Source: Polyangiaceae bacterium (GTDB taxonomy: Bacteria; Myxococcota_A; Polyangia; Polyangiales; Polyangiaceae). Taken from it: a stretch of 64,000 bases of DNA. Below are positions 43,450 through 53,499 of the stretch, in pieces. The stretch's first letter is position 1. Each line of letters opens with the position of its first letter. The stretch covers positions 35,980 to 99,979 of the forward strand of contig JAPSGB010000009.1 of assembly GCA_035063585.1 (NCBI GenBank), given 5' to 3'. The translations under genes were made by a program, and so were the position numbers. The notes beneath the pieces were generated by a model that saw only the letters and a program-made list of their open reading frames with translations, was not told the DNA's origin and did not search any database.

Positions 43450-44978
43450 CGGCGCCGCTCGTCATCGCCATCGACGCGAGCACCACCGCGTGCAAAGCCC
43501 TCGTCTTCGGGGCCGATGGTCGGCTCGTCGCGGAAGCTCGCGCGCCGATCACGCTCGCCAACCCAGAGCCCGACGGCTGGGAGCAAGACGCGGAAGAGTG
43601 GTGGGACGCGACCGAGCGCGCGCTCGCCGGCGCGGTGCGTGCGCTCGACGAGCCGGGCGCGGTGCGTGCCGTCGCGCTCACCCACCAGCGCGAGACGTTC
43701 GTGCTCACTGACCGGAGCTCGACCCCGCTCCGGCCGGCGCTCACGTGGATGGACGCACGCTGCCGACGCGAGGTGGAAGCGGCCGTCGCCGCGCTCGGGG
43801 CCGAACGGCTGCACGAGGTGACCGGCAAGCCGCCCTGCACCACCCCATCACTTTACAAATTGATTTACCTATTGAAGCGCGAGCCCGCGCTCCGCGCGGC
43901 GCGCCCGATGATGGCGGACGTGCACGCCTTCCTCGTGCGGCGACTGACGGGCCGCTGGGCGACCTCGCTCGCGTCGGCCGATCCGCTCGGCCTCGTCGAC
44001 CTCCGCGCGCGCGACTGGTCGGACGAGCTGCTCGCGCTCGCCGGGCTCGACCGCGACCAGCTCCCCGCGCTGGTCGAGCCGGGCGAGCAGCTGGGTGCGC
44101 TCGCCCGCGAGCTCGCCGAGCGGCTCGGCTTGCCCGCGGGCGTCCCGGTGATCGCCGGCGCGGGCGATGGTCAGGCGGCCGGGCTCGGCGCGGGGCTCGC
44201 AGGCCCCGAGCGCGCGTACCTGAACCTCGGCACCGCGATCGTGAGCGGTGTCTGCTCGCGCGAGTACCTGTTGAGTCGCGCCTTCCGCACCATGATGGGC
44301 GCCGAGCCCGGCACCTATTTCCTGGAGTCCGATCTGCGAGGCGGCACCTTCACGCTCGACTGGCTCGCCAAGGGGTGGCTCGGCCGAGGCCGCGCCGCGC
44401 TCGACGAGCTCGAGCGCGAGGCGAGCTCGCTTCCACCAGGAAGCGATGGGCTCGTGCTCTTGCCGTACTGGAACGGCGTGATGGATCCGTACTGGAACGA
44501 CGACGCGACCGGGGTCACGCTCGGGTGGCACGGCGCGCATCGTCCGGCGCACCTCTACCGCGCGATCCTCGAGGGGATCGCCTTCGAGGCGCGCCTGCAC
44601 CTCGAGTCGCTCGAGCGAACGACCCGCCACCACGTCGCCGAGCTCATCGTCATGGGCGGCGGCTCACGGAGCGAGCTCTGGTGCCAGGTGCTCGCGGACG
44701 TCACCGGCCGCAGGGTGACGCGCGCCGGGAGCGCGGAGGCGACCGCGCTCGGGGCCGCCATCCTCGCCGCCGTGGGCAGCGGCGTCCACCCCGAGCTTGC
44801 CGCCGCGACGCGCGCCATGACGAGTCTCGGCGCGCGCTTCGCTCCGGGCGACCACCAGCCGCTCTACGACGTCTATTATCGCGACGTCTACGCCGGGCTC
44901 TACGAATCGCTCGCCGCTCGCCTCGACGCGCTCGCTGCGCTCCGGCGGCGCGCCAACGCGGCCCATTCGGCCGGTTAG
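43446..44978 (+). CDS. FGGY-family carbohydrate kinase (xylulokinase/glycerol-kinase-like)
   Basis: A GTG start overlaps the upstream stop (GTGA). Blocks are IAIDASTTACKALVF, THQRETFVL, AGAGDGQAAGLGAG and MGGGSRSELWCQVLADVTG. Confidence 0.87.
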   Translation: MTAPLVIAIDASTTACKALVFGADGRLVAEARAPITLANPEPDGWEQDAEEWWDATERALAGAVRALDEPGAVRAVALTHQRETFVLTDRSSTPLRPALTWMDARCRREVEAAVAALGAERLHEVTGKPPCTTPSLYKLIYLLKREPALRAARPMMADVHAFLVRRLTGRWATSLASADPLGLVDLRARDWSDELLALAGLDRDQLPALVEPGEQLGALARELAERLGLPAGVPVIAGAGDGQAAGLGAGLAGPERAYLNLGTAIVSGVCSREYLLSRAFRTMMGAEPGTYFLESDLRGGTFTLDWLAKGWLGRGRAALDELEREASSLPPGSDGLVLLPYWNGVMDPYWNDDATGVTLGWHGAHRPAHLYRAILEGIAFEARLHLESLERTTRHHVAELIVMGGGSRSELWCQVLADVTGRRVTRAGSAEATALGAAILAAVGSGVHPELAAATRAMTSLGARFAPGDHQPLYDVYYRDVYAGLYESLAARLDALAALRRRANAAHSAG

Positions 44979-46819
44979 CAGCCGGCCTTCGAGAGCTCCG
45001 CCATGGCGGCCGCCCCGGCGCCGACCGAGCTGGCCGCGTTCGCCGCTCGGCGGGCCCCGGCGCAGTCGCCGTTGAAGGCGCGCGTCCGCACCACCGCCGG
45101 CGCGCCGCTGCGGATCCGCGAGAGCGCAGAAGCCTGGGCCGACGCGCTCCCGCCCGTCGACTTACAGGTGTGATACATCGCGACCGCGCCTTCGGTGTTG
45201 GAGGAGGCCATGCCGCTCGCGGCCGCGCACGCGGCGTCGCCGGTCGGGCCGCTCGGCGCCGGCGGCTTGGGCTGCACGGTCGGGGTGGGGTTCGGCGGCG
45301 TGATGCGCGGCGGGAGCTTGATGGACGGCGCGGTGGTCGCGGGCGGCGGCGCGGTGGTCGCGGGCGGCGGCGCGGTGGTCGCGGGCGGCGGCGCGGTGGT
45401 CGCGGGCGGCGGCGCGGTCGTCGCGGGCGGCGGCGCGGTGGGCTTCGAAGCCGGCGGCCTCGGCTTCGCGGTGACCACCGGCAGAGGAGCGGTGCTCACC
45501 GGCGCCTCTGGCTCGAGCCGCTCGGGACTCTCCACGAGCGGCGCGACGCTGGTCTCCGGCGGCGGAGCGTCGCTCGCCAGCGCGAGCGGCTGAGGCTCGG
45601 CCGGAGGGCGGAGCGGCAGGAACGCGAAGGCGGCGATGAGCGCGCCCACCAGCAACAGCGCGCCGAGGGCGGCGAACCACCCTCGCCGGCTCGAGCGCGG
45701 CCGGCGCAGGATCGGCGCCGGCATCACCGGTGCGGCCATCGCGGACGCGGTGCGGACCGCCGGCGCGAACGCCACCGGCCCGGCCGCGGTCGCGCCGGAG
45801 CGGAGCGGCAGCGGCGCGTCCATCGGCGAGGTGGTGGGGGCGAGCGCACCTTGCGTGGCGCCCGCGACGTTCGGCAGCGCCTGGTCACCGGTGAGTTCAC
45901 GATAGAACTCGAGCGCGGTAGAAGGGCGATCGTCACGGTTCTTGGCGAGCGCGCGCATCACGGCGAAAACCACGCTCGGCGGGAACTCGAGCCCGGGGAA
46001 GGTGCCGAGCGGCCGCGGCGGCTCGGTCATGTGCTTGTGCGCCCATTGCCACGGGGAGTCCGCCACGAACGGGAGCTGCCCGGTCAGCATCTCGTAGGCG
46101 ATGACCGCGAGCGAGTAGAGGTCACTCCGCCCGTCGAGCGGCTCTCCGGCGAGCTGCTCGGGGCTCATGTACGGCGGCGTGCCGAGCACGGTGCCCTGCT
46201 GCGTGAGCTTGGTCTGGCGATCTCCAGCCGGCCCGGTTCGGGTCGCGATGCCGAAGTCGAGGAGCTTCACGAAGTCCGGATCGCCCGCCCGCTCGGTGAG
46301 GATGATGTTGTCCGGCTTGAGATCGCGGTGGACGATGCCGAGGCCGTGCGCCTCCTCGAGGGCGCCGCACACTTGCCGGAGGATGTCGAGCGCGCGAGGC
46401 ACCGGCATCGGGCCTCGGCCGAGCACGTCGGTGAGCGCGACGCCATCGACGTACTCCATCGCGATGTAGAGCGCGCCGTCCGGCGTCTCGCCAAAATCGT
46501 AGAAGCGGATGGTGTTCGGGTGCTCGAGCTGGGAGACGGTGCCGCACTCGCGATAAAACCGCGAGACGAGCGTGTGATCGTGCGAGAGCTCGGGTAGGAG
46601 CGTCTTGATCGCGACCTTGCGGAGGTGCGACCCCATCCGCTGGTCGGCCTCGTAGACCACTCCCATCCCGCCCTCGCCGATGACGCGACGGACCAAATAG
46701 CGACCGCCGAGCATCTGCCCGACCAGCCCGTGCGGTTCCGGCGCCGCGAGGAGCGCGCCGCACTTCGAGCAGAAGCGCGCCTCCTCGGGGTTCGTCTTGC
46801 CACAGGCCGGGCAGTCCAT
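44975..46819 (-). CDS. Eukaryotic-like Ser/Thr protein kinase with N-terminal zinc ribbon, TM helix, Pro/Thr-repeat linker and small Cys-containing ectodomain
   Basis: Zinc ribbon CPACGKTNPEEARFCSKCG. Kinase motifs GEGGMGVVYEA, AIKTL, HRDLKPDNIIL, DFGIA and GTPPYMSPE. TM segment WFAALGALLLVGALIAAFAFL. Linker (TAPPPAT)5. Confidence 0.9.
   Translation of the reverse strand: MDCPACGKTNPEEARFCSKCGALLAAPEPHGLVGQMLGGRYLVRRVIGEGGMGVVYEADQRMGSHLRKVAIKTLLPELSHDHTLVSRFYRECGTVSQLEHPNTIRFYDFGETPDGALYIAMEYVDGVALTDVLGRGPMPVPRALDILRQVCGALEEAHGLGIVHRDLKPDNIILTERAGDPDFVKLLDFGIATRTGPAGDRQTKLTQQGTVLGTPPYMSPEQLAGEPLDGRSDLYSLAVIAYEMLTGQLPFVADSPWQWAHKHMTEPPRPLGTFPGLEFPPSVVFAVMRALAKNRDDRPSTALEFYRELTGDQALPNVAGATQGALAPTTSPMDAPLPLRSGATAAGPVAFAPAVRTASAMAAPVMPAPILRRPRSSRRGWFAALGALLLVGALIAAFAFLPLRPPAEPQPLALASDAPPPETSVAPLVESPERLEPEAPVSTAPLPVVTAKPRPPASKPTAPPPATTAPPPATTAPPPATTAPPPATTAPPPATTAPSIKLPPRITPPNPTPTVQPKPPAPSGPTGDAACAAASGMASSNTEGAVAMYHTCKSTGGSASAQASALSRIRSGAPAVVRTRAFNGDCAGARRAANAASSVGAGAAAMAELSKAGC
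45330..45434 (-). repeat. Five tandem copies of a 21-bp unit (gcggtggtcgcgggcggcggc on +) encoding (TAPPPAT)5
   Basis: Counted directly at 45330-45350, 45351-45371, 45372-45392, 45393-45413 and 45414-45434. The last copy has one substitution. In frame inside the kinase gene. Confidence 0.95.
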
Positions 46820-46953
46820 GAATCCTCAGACGATCGAGCCACACGCCGCGAAGGTCGCCAACCTTCCCGTACTGACGGATGCCGCCGACCGGCGATCTGT
46901 TGGGCGTGAGCTCGAAATGGGTCAACCTCGGACCGGGGAGCGCCCCCGTCCGA

Positions 46954-47445
46954 CTACTTCTTGTCGTCCTTCTTGACGGTGAGGTCGACCGGCCAGGTCA
47001 GGGTCTTCTCCTCGCCGACGTAGGTCGGGACGATGACCGCGCCATAGGCGTTGAGCACGCACTTTCCGAGCTCGGTCCCATCGAACGGCGCGTCGATGGT
47101 GGCCGACTTCACGTGGCCGTCGTTCTTGAAGGTGATGGTGACGGTCGCCTGCCCCTCGGGGCCTGCCTGGGTCACCACCCCGACGCAGCTCACCGCGGAG
47201 CGCGTCGCGCGCTGCAGCTCGAGCTTGGCCTGCTTGTCATCGAACTGCGCCTTCTTCTCGAGGTCCGTCTCGCCCTCGACGTCACCGGACGAGTCGTCCC
47301 CCGGTTGGCGCGAGGCCGACTCGTCGGCGAGTTCTTCCTGCTCTGCGACAAGCTCGTCGGGCGACTTGATGTGACCGCCGCCGTACGACGGCCCGCACGC
47401 CGAGAGCGTCACTCCGATCAGACATCCCATCCACGCGGCTCGCAT
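46954..47445 (-). CDS. Small lipoprotein, acidic linker plus C-terminal beta domain with a Cys pair (TonB-C/AgmX-C-like guess)
   Basis: Signal/lipobox MRAAWMGCLIGVTLSAC. The C-terminus is SAVSCVG...ATVTITFKNDGHVKSATIDAPFDGTELGKCVLNAY. The start is taken at ATG 47445. Confidence 0.65.
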   Translation of the reverse strand: MRAAWMGCLIGVTLSACGPSYGGGHIKSPDELVAEQEELADESASRQPGDDSSGDVEGETDLEKKAQFDDKQAKLELQRATRSAVSCVGVVTQAGPEGQATVTITFKNDGHVKSATIDAPFDGTELGKCVLNAYGAVIVPTYVGEEKTLTWPVDLTVKKDDKK

Positions 47446-47549
47446 GGCTCGGATCCTACTCGACCGGGCCCGGCCGTCAAAACTCGCGCCGCCGAACCGC
47501 GAGATTCCGCGCCGGGCCGGCACCCCCCCGGCTCCGGAGCTCAGGCGAG

Positions 47550-48953
<1,404 letters not shown>

Positions 48954-49119
48954 TCTATTGCGTCTCCGGGCGTAGAAATCGTACTTCAGCGAATCTAATA
49001 GGGAATGTCGGCTCGACGCGGCCGGCGTCGCGGGCGGGCCGGCGCCGGTCCGCGACGACGGCTCGCGGGAAGCGCCACGCTCATTTCCGCCCGCTCACCG
49101 CCGCTGATAGGAACCCCCC

Positions 49120-50334
49120 ATGCTCTCCGGCATCGACCAACTCCACGGCTCGTCCCTCTCGAATCTCCGGCGGCGGCTGCGCGACGCGCGCGTCGGCGTG
49201 CTCACCCACGCCGCGACGCTCGATCGGCGCGGGCGCGGCACGCTCGCGGTGCTCGAGGAGCTCGGCGCGGGCCCGTCGGTGATCTTCTCGCCCGAGCACG
49301 GGCTCGCCGGGGCCGCGCAGGCGTTCGAGGCGGTCGCGGGCTCGGGCGAGGCGACCTCCGGCCCCGCCGTCGTGAGCCTCTACGGCGCCGAGCGCGCGTC
49401 GCTCACGCCGTCTGCCGAGCATCTCGCGCAGCTCGATCTCCTCGTGATCGATCTCGCCGACGTCGGCAGCCGCTACTACACCTACGTCTGGTCCGCGCTG
49501 CTCGCGCTCCGGGCCGCGGCCGCCGCGGGCGTCCACACTGTCGTGCTCGATCGGCCGAACCCGATCTCGGGGGATCCCGAGACGCTCGAGGGCGCGCCGC
49601 AAGCGGACGGGTTCCTCTCCTTCGTCGGGCTCGAGCCGCTCCCCATCCGCCACGCGCACACCCTCGGCGAGCTCCTCGCGCGCTTCGCCGAGAGCGGCGG
49701 GCTCGCGCTCGGCGCAGAAGGCGCGCTGTCAGTGGTGCCCACGCGCGGGTGGGAGCGCCACCGCACCGCGGAGGCGTGGAGCCGGCCGTTCATCCCGCCG
49801 TCGCCCAACATGCCGACCCTCGAGACCGCGCTCGTCTACCCGGGCGCTTGCCTGCTCGAGGGCACGAGCCTCTCCGAGGGTCGCGGCACGACGACGCCGT
49901 TTCAAATGGTCGGCGCGCCGCACCTCGACGGCGCGGCGCTCGCCGCGCGCCTCACCGAGTCCGGGGTGGTCGGCGCGCTGGTGAGGCCGGTGAGCTTCAT
50001 CCCTACCTTCGACAAGTTCGCCGGCCAGCTCTGCCACGGCGTCATGCTCCACGTGACGAGCGCGGCGCTCTTCCGGCCCGTCGCCGCCTACCTTCGCCTG
50101 ATCGCGTTCGCGCGCGAGCAGGCGCCCGAGCGCTTCGCGTTCCGCACCGAGCCGTACGAGTTCGAGACCGAAATCCCAGCCTTCGACCTCCTCACCGGCT
50201 CGGGCGCGGCGCGCCAGGCGCTCGAAGGCGGCCGGAGCGCGGACGAGCTCGTCGAGCTGGTCGCGCCGGTCGATCCGTCGTGGAAGGACGCCGTGCGCGA
50301 GGCCGAGGCGCGCCTCGAGCGGGCGCAGGCCTGA
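49120..50334 (+). CDS. DUF1343 family protein (NamZ-like exo-beta-N-acetylmuramidase family)
   Basis: GVLTHAATLDRRG, FSPEHG, DLLVIDLADVGSRYYTY, VVLDRPNP, PPSPNMPTLETALVYPGACLLEGTSLSEGRGTTTPF are DUF1343 hallmark blocks (recalled from memory). Confidence 0.85.
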   Translation: MLSGIDQLHGSSLSNLRRRLRDARVGVLTHAATLDRRGRGTLAVLEELGAGPSVIFSPEHGLAGAAQAFEAVAGSGEATSGPAVVSLYGAERASLTPSAEHLAQLDLLVIDLADVGSRYYTYVWSALLALRAAAAAGVHTVVLDRPNPISGDPETLEGAPQADGFLSFVGLEPLPIRHAHTLGELLARFAESGGLALGAEGALSVVPTRGWERHRTAEAWSRPFIPPSPNMPTLETALVYPGACLLEGTSLSEGRGTTTPFQMVGAPHLDGAALAARLTESGVVGALVRPVSFIPTFDKFAGQLCHGVMLHVTSAALFRPVAAYLRLIAFAREQAPERFAFRTEPYEFETEIPAFDLLTGSGAARQALEGGRSADELVELVAPVDPSWKDAVREAEARLERAQA

Positions 50335-50355
50335 GCCTCCCTCGGAGCGCGAAGC

Positions 50356-51579
50356 TCAGCGCTCGGCGCGGATCGACGCCCCCGGCGACACGCCACGGAC
50401 CTCGACGTAGCGCTCGTCGGCGGCGCCGAGCTCGACGGGAGCGTCGCGGAAGAGCAGCCCGCCTGCGACGCTGACCGTCGCTCGTCCGTCGTGCACGCGG
50501 ATCGCGCTCCGCGGCACCCGCGCGCTCACGCGCTCCGACGGAAGCACAATTCGCACCTCCACGCGCTGCCCGATGGGCAGCCCACCCTCCACGCTCGGAC
50601 CCCATTTCGGCTCGATCCACGCGCTCCGCACCCAGCCCTCGCCGCGCTCGCGCGCGTCGGCTGCGCCGATGGTGCGCCGCTGGAGCTGCGCGCCGACCCG
50701 AGTGAGCTTGCCGGTGCCGAGCGCGCCGCGCCCGCCCGGCCAGGTGATGGTCACCGGCAGCCCGGCGCGGATCCGCATCGCGTCGATCTCCTCGACCTCG
50801 GCATGGAGCTCGGTGCGCGAAGGATCGGCGATCTCGAAGGCGATGGTGCCGCCCATGCGCGCGTTGGCGATGACGTCGCCCTCGTCGATGCGCCGCTCGA
50901 GCACCACGCCGTCCATCGGCGACTCGAGCCGCGTCCAGTCGAGCTCGTGGCGCGCGGCGTCGATGGTCGCCTGAGCCGCGTCCGCCCGCGCCTTGGCGGC
51001 GCTGATGTCCACGGCGCGCGCGCCGCGCCCCGCGAGCCGCCGGCGCGCGCGCGCCGCGTCCACCCGCGCGCGCGCGATCTCCTCGGAGCGCCGCGAGCCG
51101 TCGAGGATTTCCTGGGTCACGGCGCCCGAGCCGAGCAGCTTCTCGTCACGAGCACGGCGATCGGTGGCCGCCGCGAGCTCGTGCTCGGCCGCGCGGACCT
51201 CGGCGTCGAGCGCGGCGCGCTCCTCGGGGCGCGCGCCGGCCGCGAGCGCACGCTCGGTCATCACCAGCGAGCGGTGCTCCGCCTCCCGCCGGGCGAGCTC
51301 ATCGCTCGCGGTGTCCGCCACGAGCTCGGCGAGGAGCTCGCCCTTCTTGACGAGATCACCCTCGCGGACCAGCACGCGGCTCACCTTCCCGTCGATGCGC
51401 GCGACCACGTGCGCGATCCCGTCGATCGGCACCACCACGGCGCGAGCCACCACGCGCTGCTCGACCTCGCCGGACTCGACCGTCACGGTCTGCGCGGCCA
51501 CTCGCTGAATGACCACCGCGCCGAGCGACACGCCGGCGATCGCGCCGGCGACCAGCGTCACCTTCAGCCACGTCTTCAT
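50356..51579 (-). CDS. Membrane-fusion (HlyD/MacA/DevB-type) periplasmic adaptor
   Basis: N-terminal anchor, a lipoyl-like half IDGKVSRVLVREGDLVKKGELLAEL, a long Ala/Arg-rich coiled-coil hairpin, and LESPMDGVVLER. ATGA overlap with the upstream ATPase gene. Confidence 0.85.
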   Translation of the reverse strand: MKTWLKVTLVAGAIAGVSLGAVVIQRVAAQTVTVESGEVEQRVVARAVVVPIDGIAHVVARIDGKVSRVLVREGDLVKKGELLAELVADTASDELARREAEHRSLVMTERALAAGARPEERAALDAEVRAAEHELAAATDRRARDEKLLGSGAVTQEILDGSRRSEEIARARVDAARARRRLAGRGARAVDISAAKARADAAQATIDAARHELDWTRLESPMDGVVLERRIDEGDVIANARMGGTIAFEIADPSRTELHAEVEEIDAMRIRAGLPVTITWPGGRGALGTGKLTRVGAQLQRRTIGAADARERGEGWVRSAWIEPKWGPSVEGGLPIGQRVEVRIVLPSERVSARVPRSAIRVHDGRATVSVAGGLLFRDAPVELGAADERYVEVRGVSPGASIRAER

Positions 51580-52259
51580 GCCGCAATCTCCGTCTGGATG
51601 CGCCCGTCCTCGATGTGGATGACGCGGTCGGCGTACTGCTCGAGCCGGCGGTCGTGCGTGACGATGAGGATGCCGCGCTCCTGGGCGACCTGCTCACGCA
51701 AGAGTTCCATCACGCTCATCGCGGTGCTGGTGTCGAGCGCCGCGGTGACCTCGTCGCCGAGCACGAGCGAGGGCTCACCGGCGAGGGCGCGCGCGATGGC
51801 GACCCGCTGCTTCTGCCCGCCGGAGAGCTCGGACGGGCGGTGGTGCATGCGGTCGCCGAGCCCGACCCGCTCGAGCGCCCGACTCGCGCGGTCCCGCGCC
51901 GCGCCGATCGGCTCCCCCTTCAACCTCAAGACCTCGGCCACGTTGTCGAGCGCGGTGAGCGCAGGGAAGAGATTATAGGTCTGAAAGATGAAGCCGAGGT
52001 GGTCGCGACGCACGCGGGTGACCTCGCGCTCGGCGAGCCCGGAGATGCGCTTTCCGCAGAGCTCGACCTCTCCCGTGGTGGCGCGGAGGAGGCCGGCGAG
52101 GATACTGATGAGCGTGGTCTTGCCGGAGCCCGAGGGCCCCATCAAGAGGACGAGCTCACCCGCGCGCATCTCCATCGTGATCCCGTGAAGCACCGGGGTC
52201 GCGAGCGCGCCCTTGCCGTACACCTTGGTGACGTTCTCGGTGCGGACCAGGATGCTCAC
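51576..52259 (-). CDS. ABC transporter ATP-binding protein (MacB/LolD/DevA type)
   Basis: Walker A GPSGSGKTTL, signature LSGGQKQRVAIARAL, Walker B LVLGDEVTAALD. The GTG start at 52259 overlaps the permease stop (GTGA). Confidence 0.9.
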   Translation of the reverse strand: MSILVRTENVTKVYGKGALATPVLHGITMEMRAGELVLLMGPSGSGKTTLISILAGLLRATTGEVELCGKRISGLAEREVTRVRRDHLGFIFQTYNLFPALTALDNVAEVLRLKGEPIGAARDRASRALERVGLGDRMHHRPSELSGGQKQRVAIARALAGEPSLVLGDEVTAALDTSTAMSVMELLREQVAQERGILIVTHDRRLEQYADRVIHIEDGRIQTEIAA

Positions 52260-53380
52260 TGGAACACCTCTGCGGCCTCGAGCTCGAGCACGGCACGGAT
52301 GCTGCCCAGGCTGGCGACCGCGCACATCGTGAGGACGGCGCCGCACCCCACGGTGAGCACCAGCCGGTCGAGCACGATGAAGAGGCCGTGCCGAGCGGCG
52401 AGCGCCTGCACGGAGAAGGCCATCACGACGCCGAGCCCGCCGCCCACGACCGCGAGGAACGCCGCCTGCCACGCGACGAAGCGCACGATCTCGTTCGGGT
52501 GCGCGCCGATCGCCTTCAGCGTGGCAAGCTCGCGGAGGTGCTCCTTGGTCACGGCGTAGAGAGTCTGCCCGACGATGACCACGCCGACCACCAACCCGAG
52601 GATGGCGCTGAAGCCGAGCGCGGTCCCCGCGCCGGAGCCGCTCACCCAATAGTGCTCGGTCATCTTGCGAAACTCGTCGGTCGTGTACGCATCGAGATCC
52701 GGGTGACGAGCCACGCTCTCGATCACATCCGTCGCGCACGACGGCCGCTCCAGATCGACCACCCAGTAGGTCGCTTGGCCGTCGCTCATGTTCGCGACCC
52801 GCCGCGCCGTCTCGTTCTCGGCGAAGAGATAGGGTGAGAGTGTGAACGAGCGGATCCCCTCGGTGACCGCCGCGACATACACCTGCTCGGATCCTACTCG
52901 GAGCGAGGTACCGATCGCCTCGCCGTCGATGGCGAGCTTCGCGAAGTCGAGGTCATCGACCGAGACGCGCGCGGGCCCGTGCAGGTCTTGCGGCAACCCG
53001 CGGCGCAGATTCCACGGCATGGCCGGGCCGAGCCCCGGGTCGTAGCCGATGATCTGCACCGCATCGAGGCTGCCGTCCGGTTTTCGGAGCGGCATGAACG
53101 CGATGATGACCGCGCGCACCGTCTTCACGCAGGGGTGCGCCGCGAGCAGATCGCGAGTGCCCGCGCTCATACGCTCGCCGTTGTCGAGCACGCGAGTGCC
53201 CTTGGCCATCACCCACACGTCGCCGCCGGCATGGCGAATGAGCGACGACGACGTCTCGAGGAACCCGAAGTAGAGCCCGATCTGCGCGAGCGCGAGGGTC
53301 GCCGCGAAGGCCACCCCAGCGAGCGACGCGACGAGCTTGCCGCGATCGTAGGCGAGGGTCAGGAGCGCGATTCGGAACAC
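52256..53380 (-). CDS. ABC transporter permease, FtsX/MacB-type (DevC-like, 4 TM plus periplasmic domain)
   Basis: TM1 is LVASLAGVAFAATLALAQIGL, followed by a ~220-aa periplasmic domain. The FtsX-type C-terminus is ELATLKAIGAHPNEIVRFVAWQAAFLAVVGGGLG. Confidence 0.85.
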   Translation of the reverse strand: MFRIALLTLAYDRGKLVASLAGVAFAATLALAQIGLYFGFLETSSSLIRHAGGDVWVMAKGTRVLDNGERMSAGTRDLLAAHPCVKTVRAVIIAFMPLRKPDGSLDAVQIIGYDPGLGPAMPWNLRRGLPQDLHGPARVSVDDLDFAKLAIDGEAIGTSLRVGSEQVYVAAVTEGIRSFTLSPYLFAENETARRVANMSDGQATYWVVDLERPSCATDVIESVARHPDLDAYTTDEFRKMTEHYWVSGSGAGTALGFSAILGLVVGVVIVGQTLYAVTKEHLRELATLKAIGAHPNEIVRFVAWQAAFLAVVGGGLGVVMAFSVQALAARHGLFIVLDRLVLTVGCGAVLTMCAVASLGSIRAVLELEAAEVFQ

Positions 53381-53499
53381 GAGGGCGCGGGAGGATACGA
53401 TGGACCGTCCGGACGCGCCCGCCCCGGGACGCGGCGCGCCACCGCCCGCATGACGGATTTCAGCCGCCGGGGTCTGCGTCTACGCGAAGCACGCTCGCC

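Noticed and set aside
43745-46597. 950-aa + strand ORF
   Set aside because: It is out of frame with the FGGY kinase and antisense to the Ser/Thr kinase. It is extremely Arg/Gly/Ala-rich (RRGGRGRRRGG runs generated by the 21-bp repeat).
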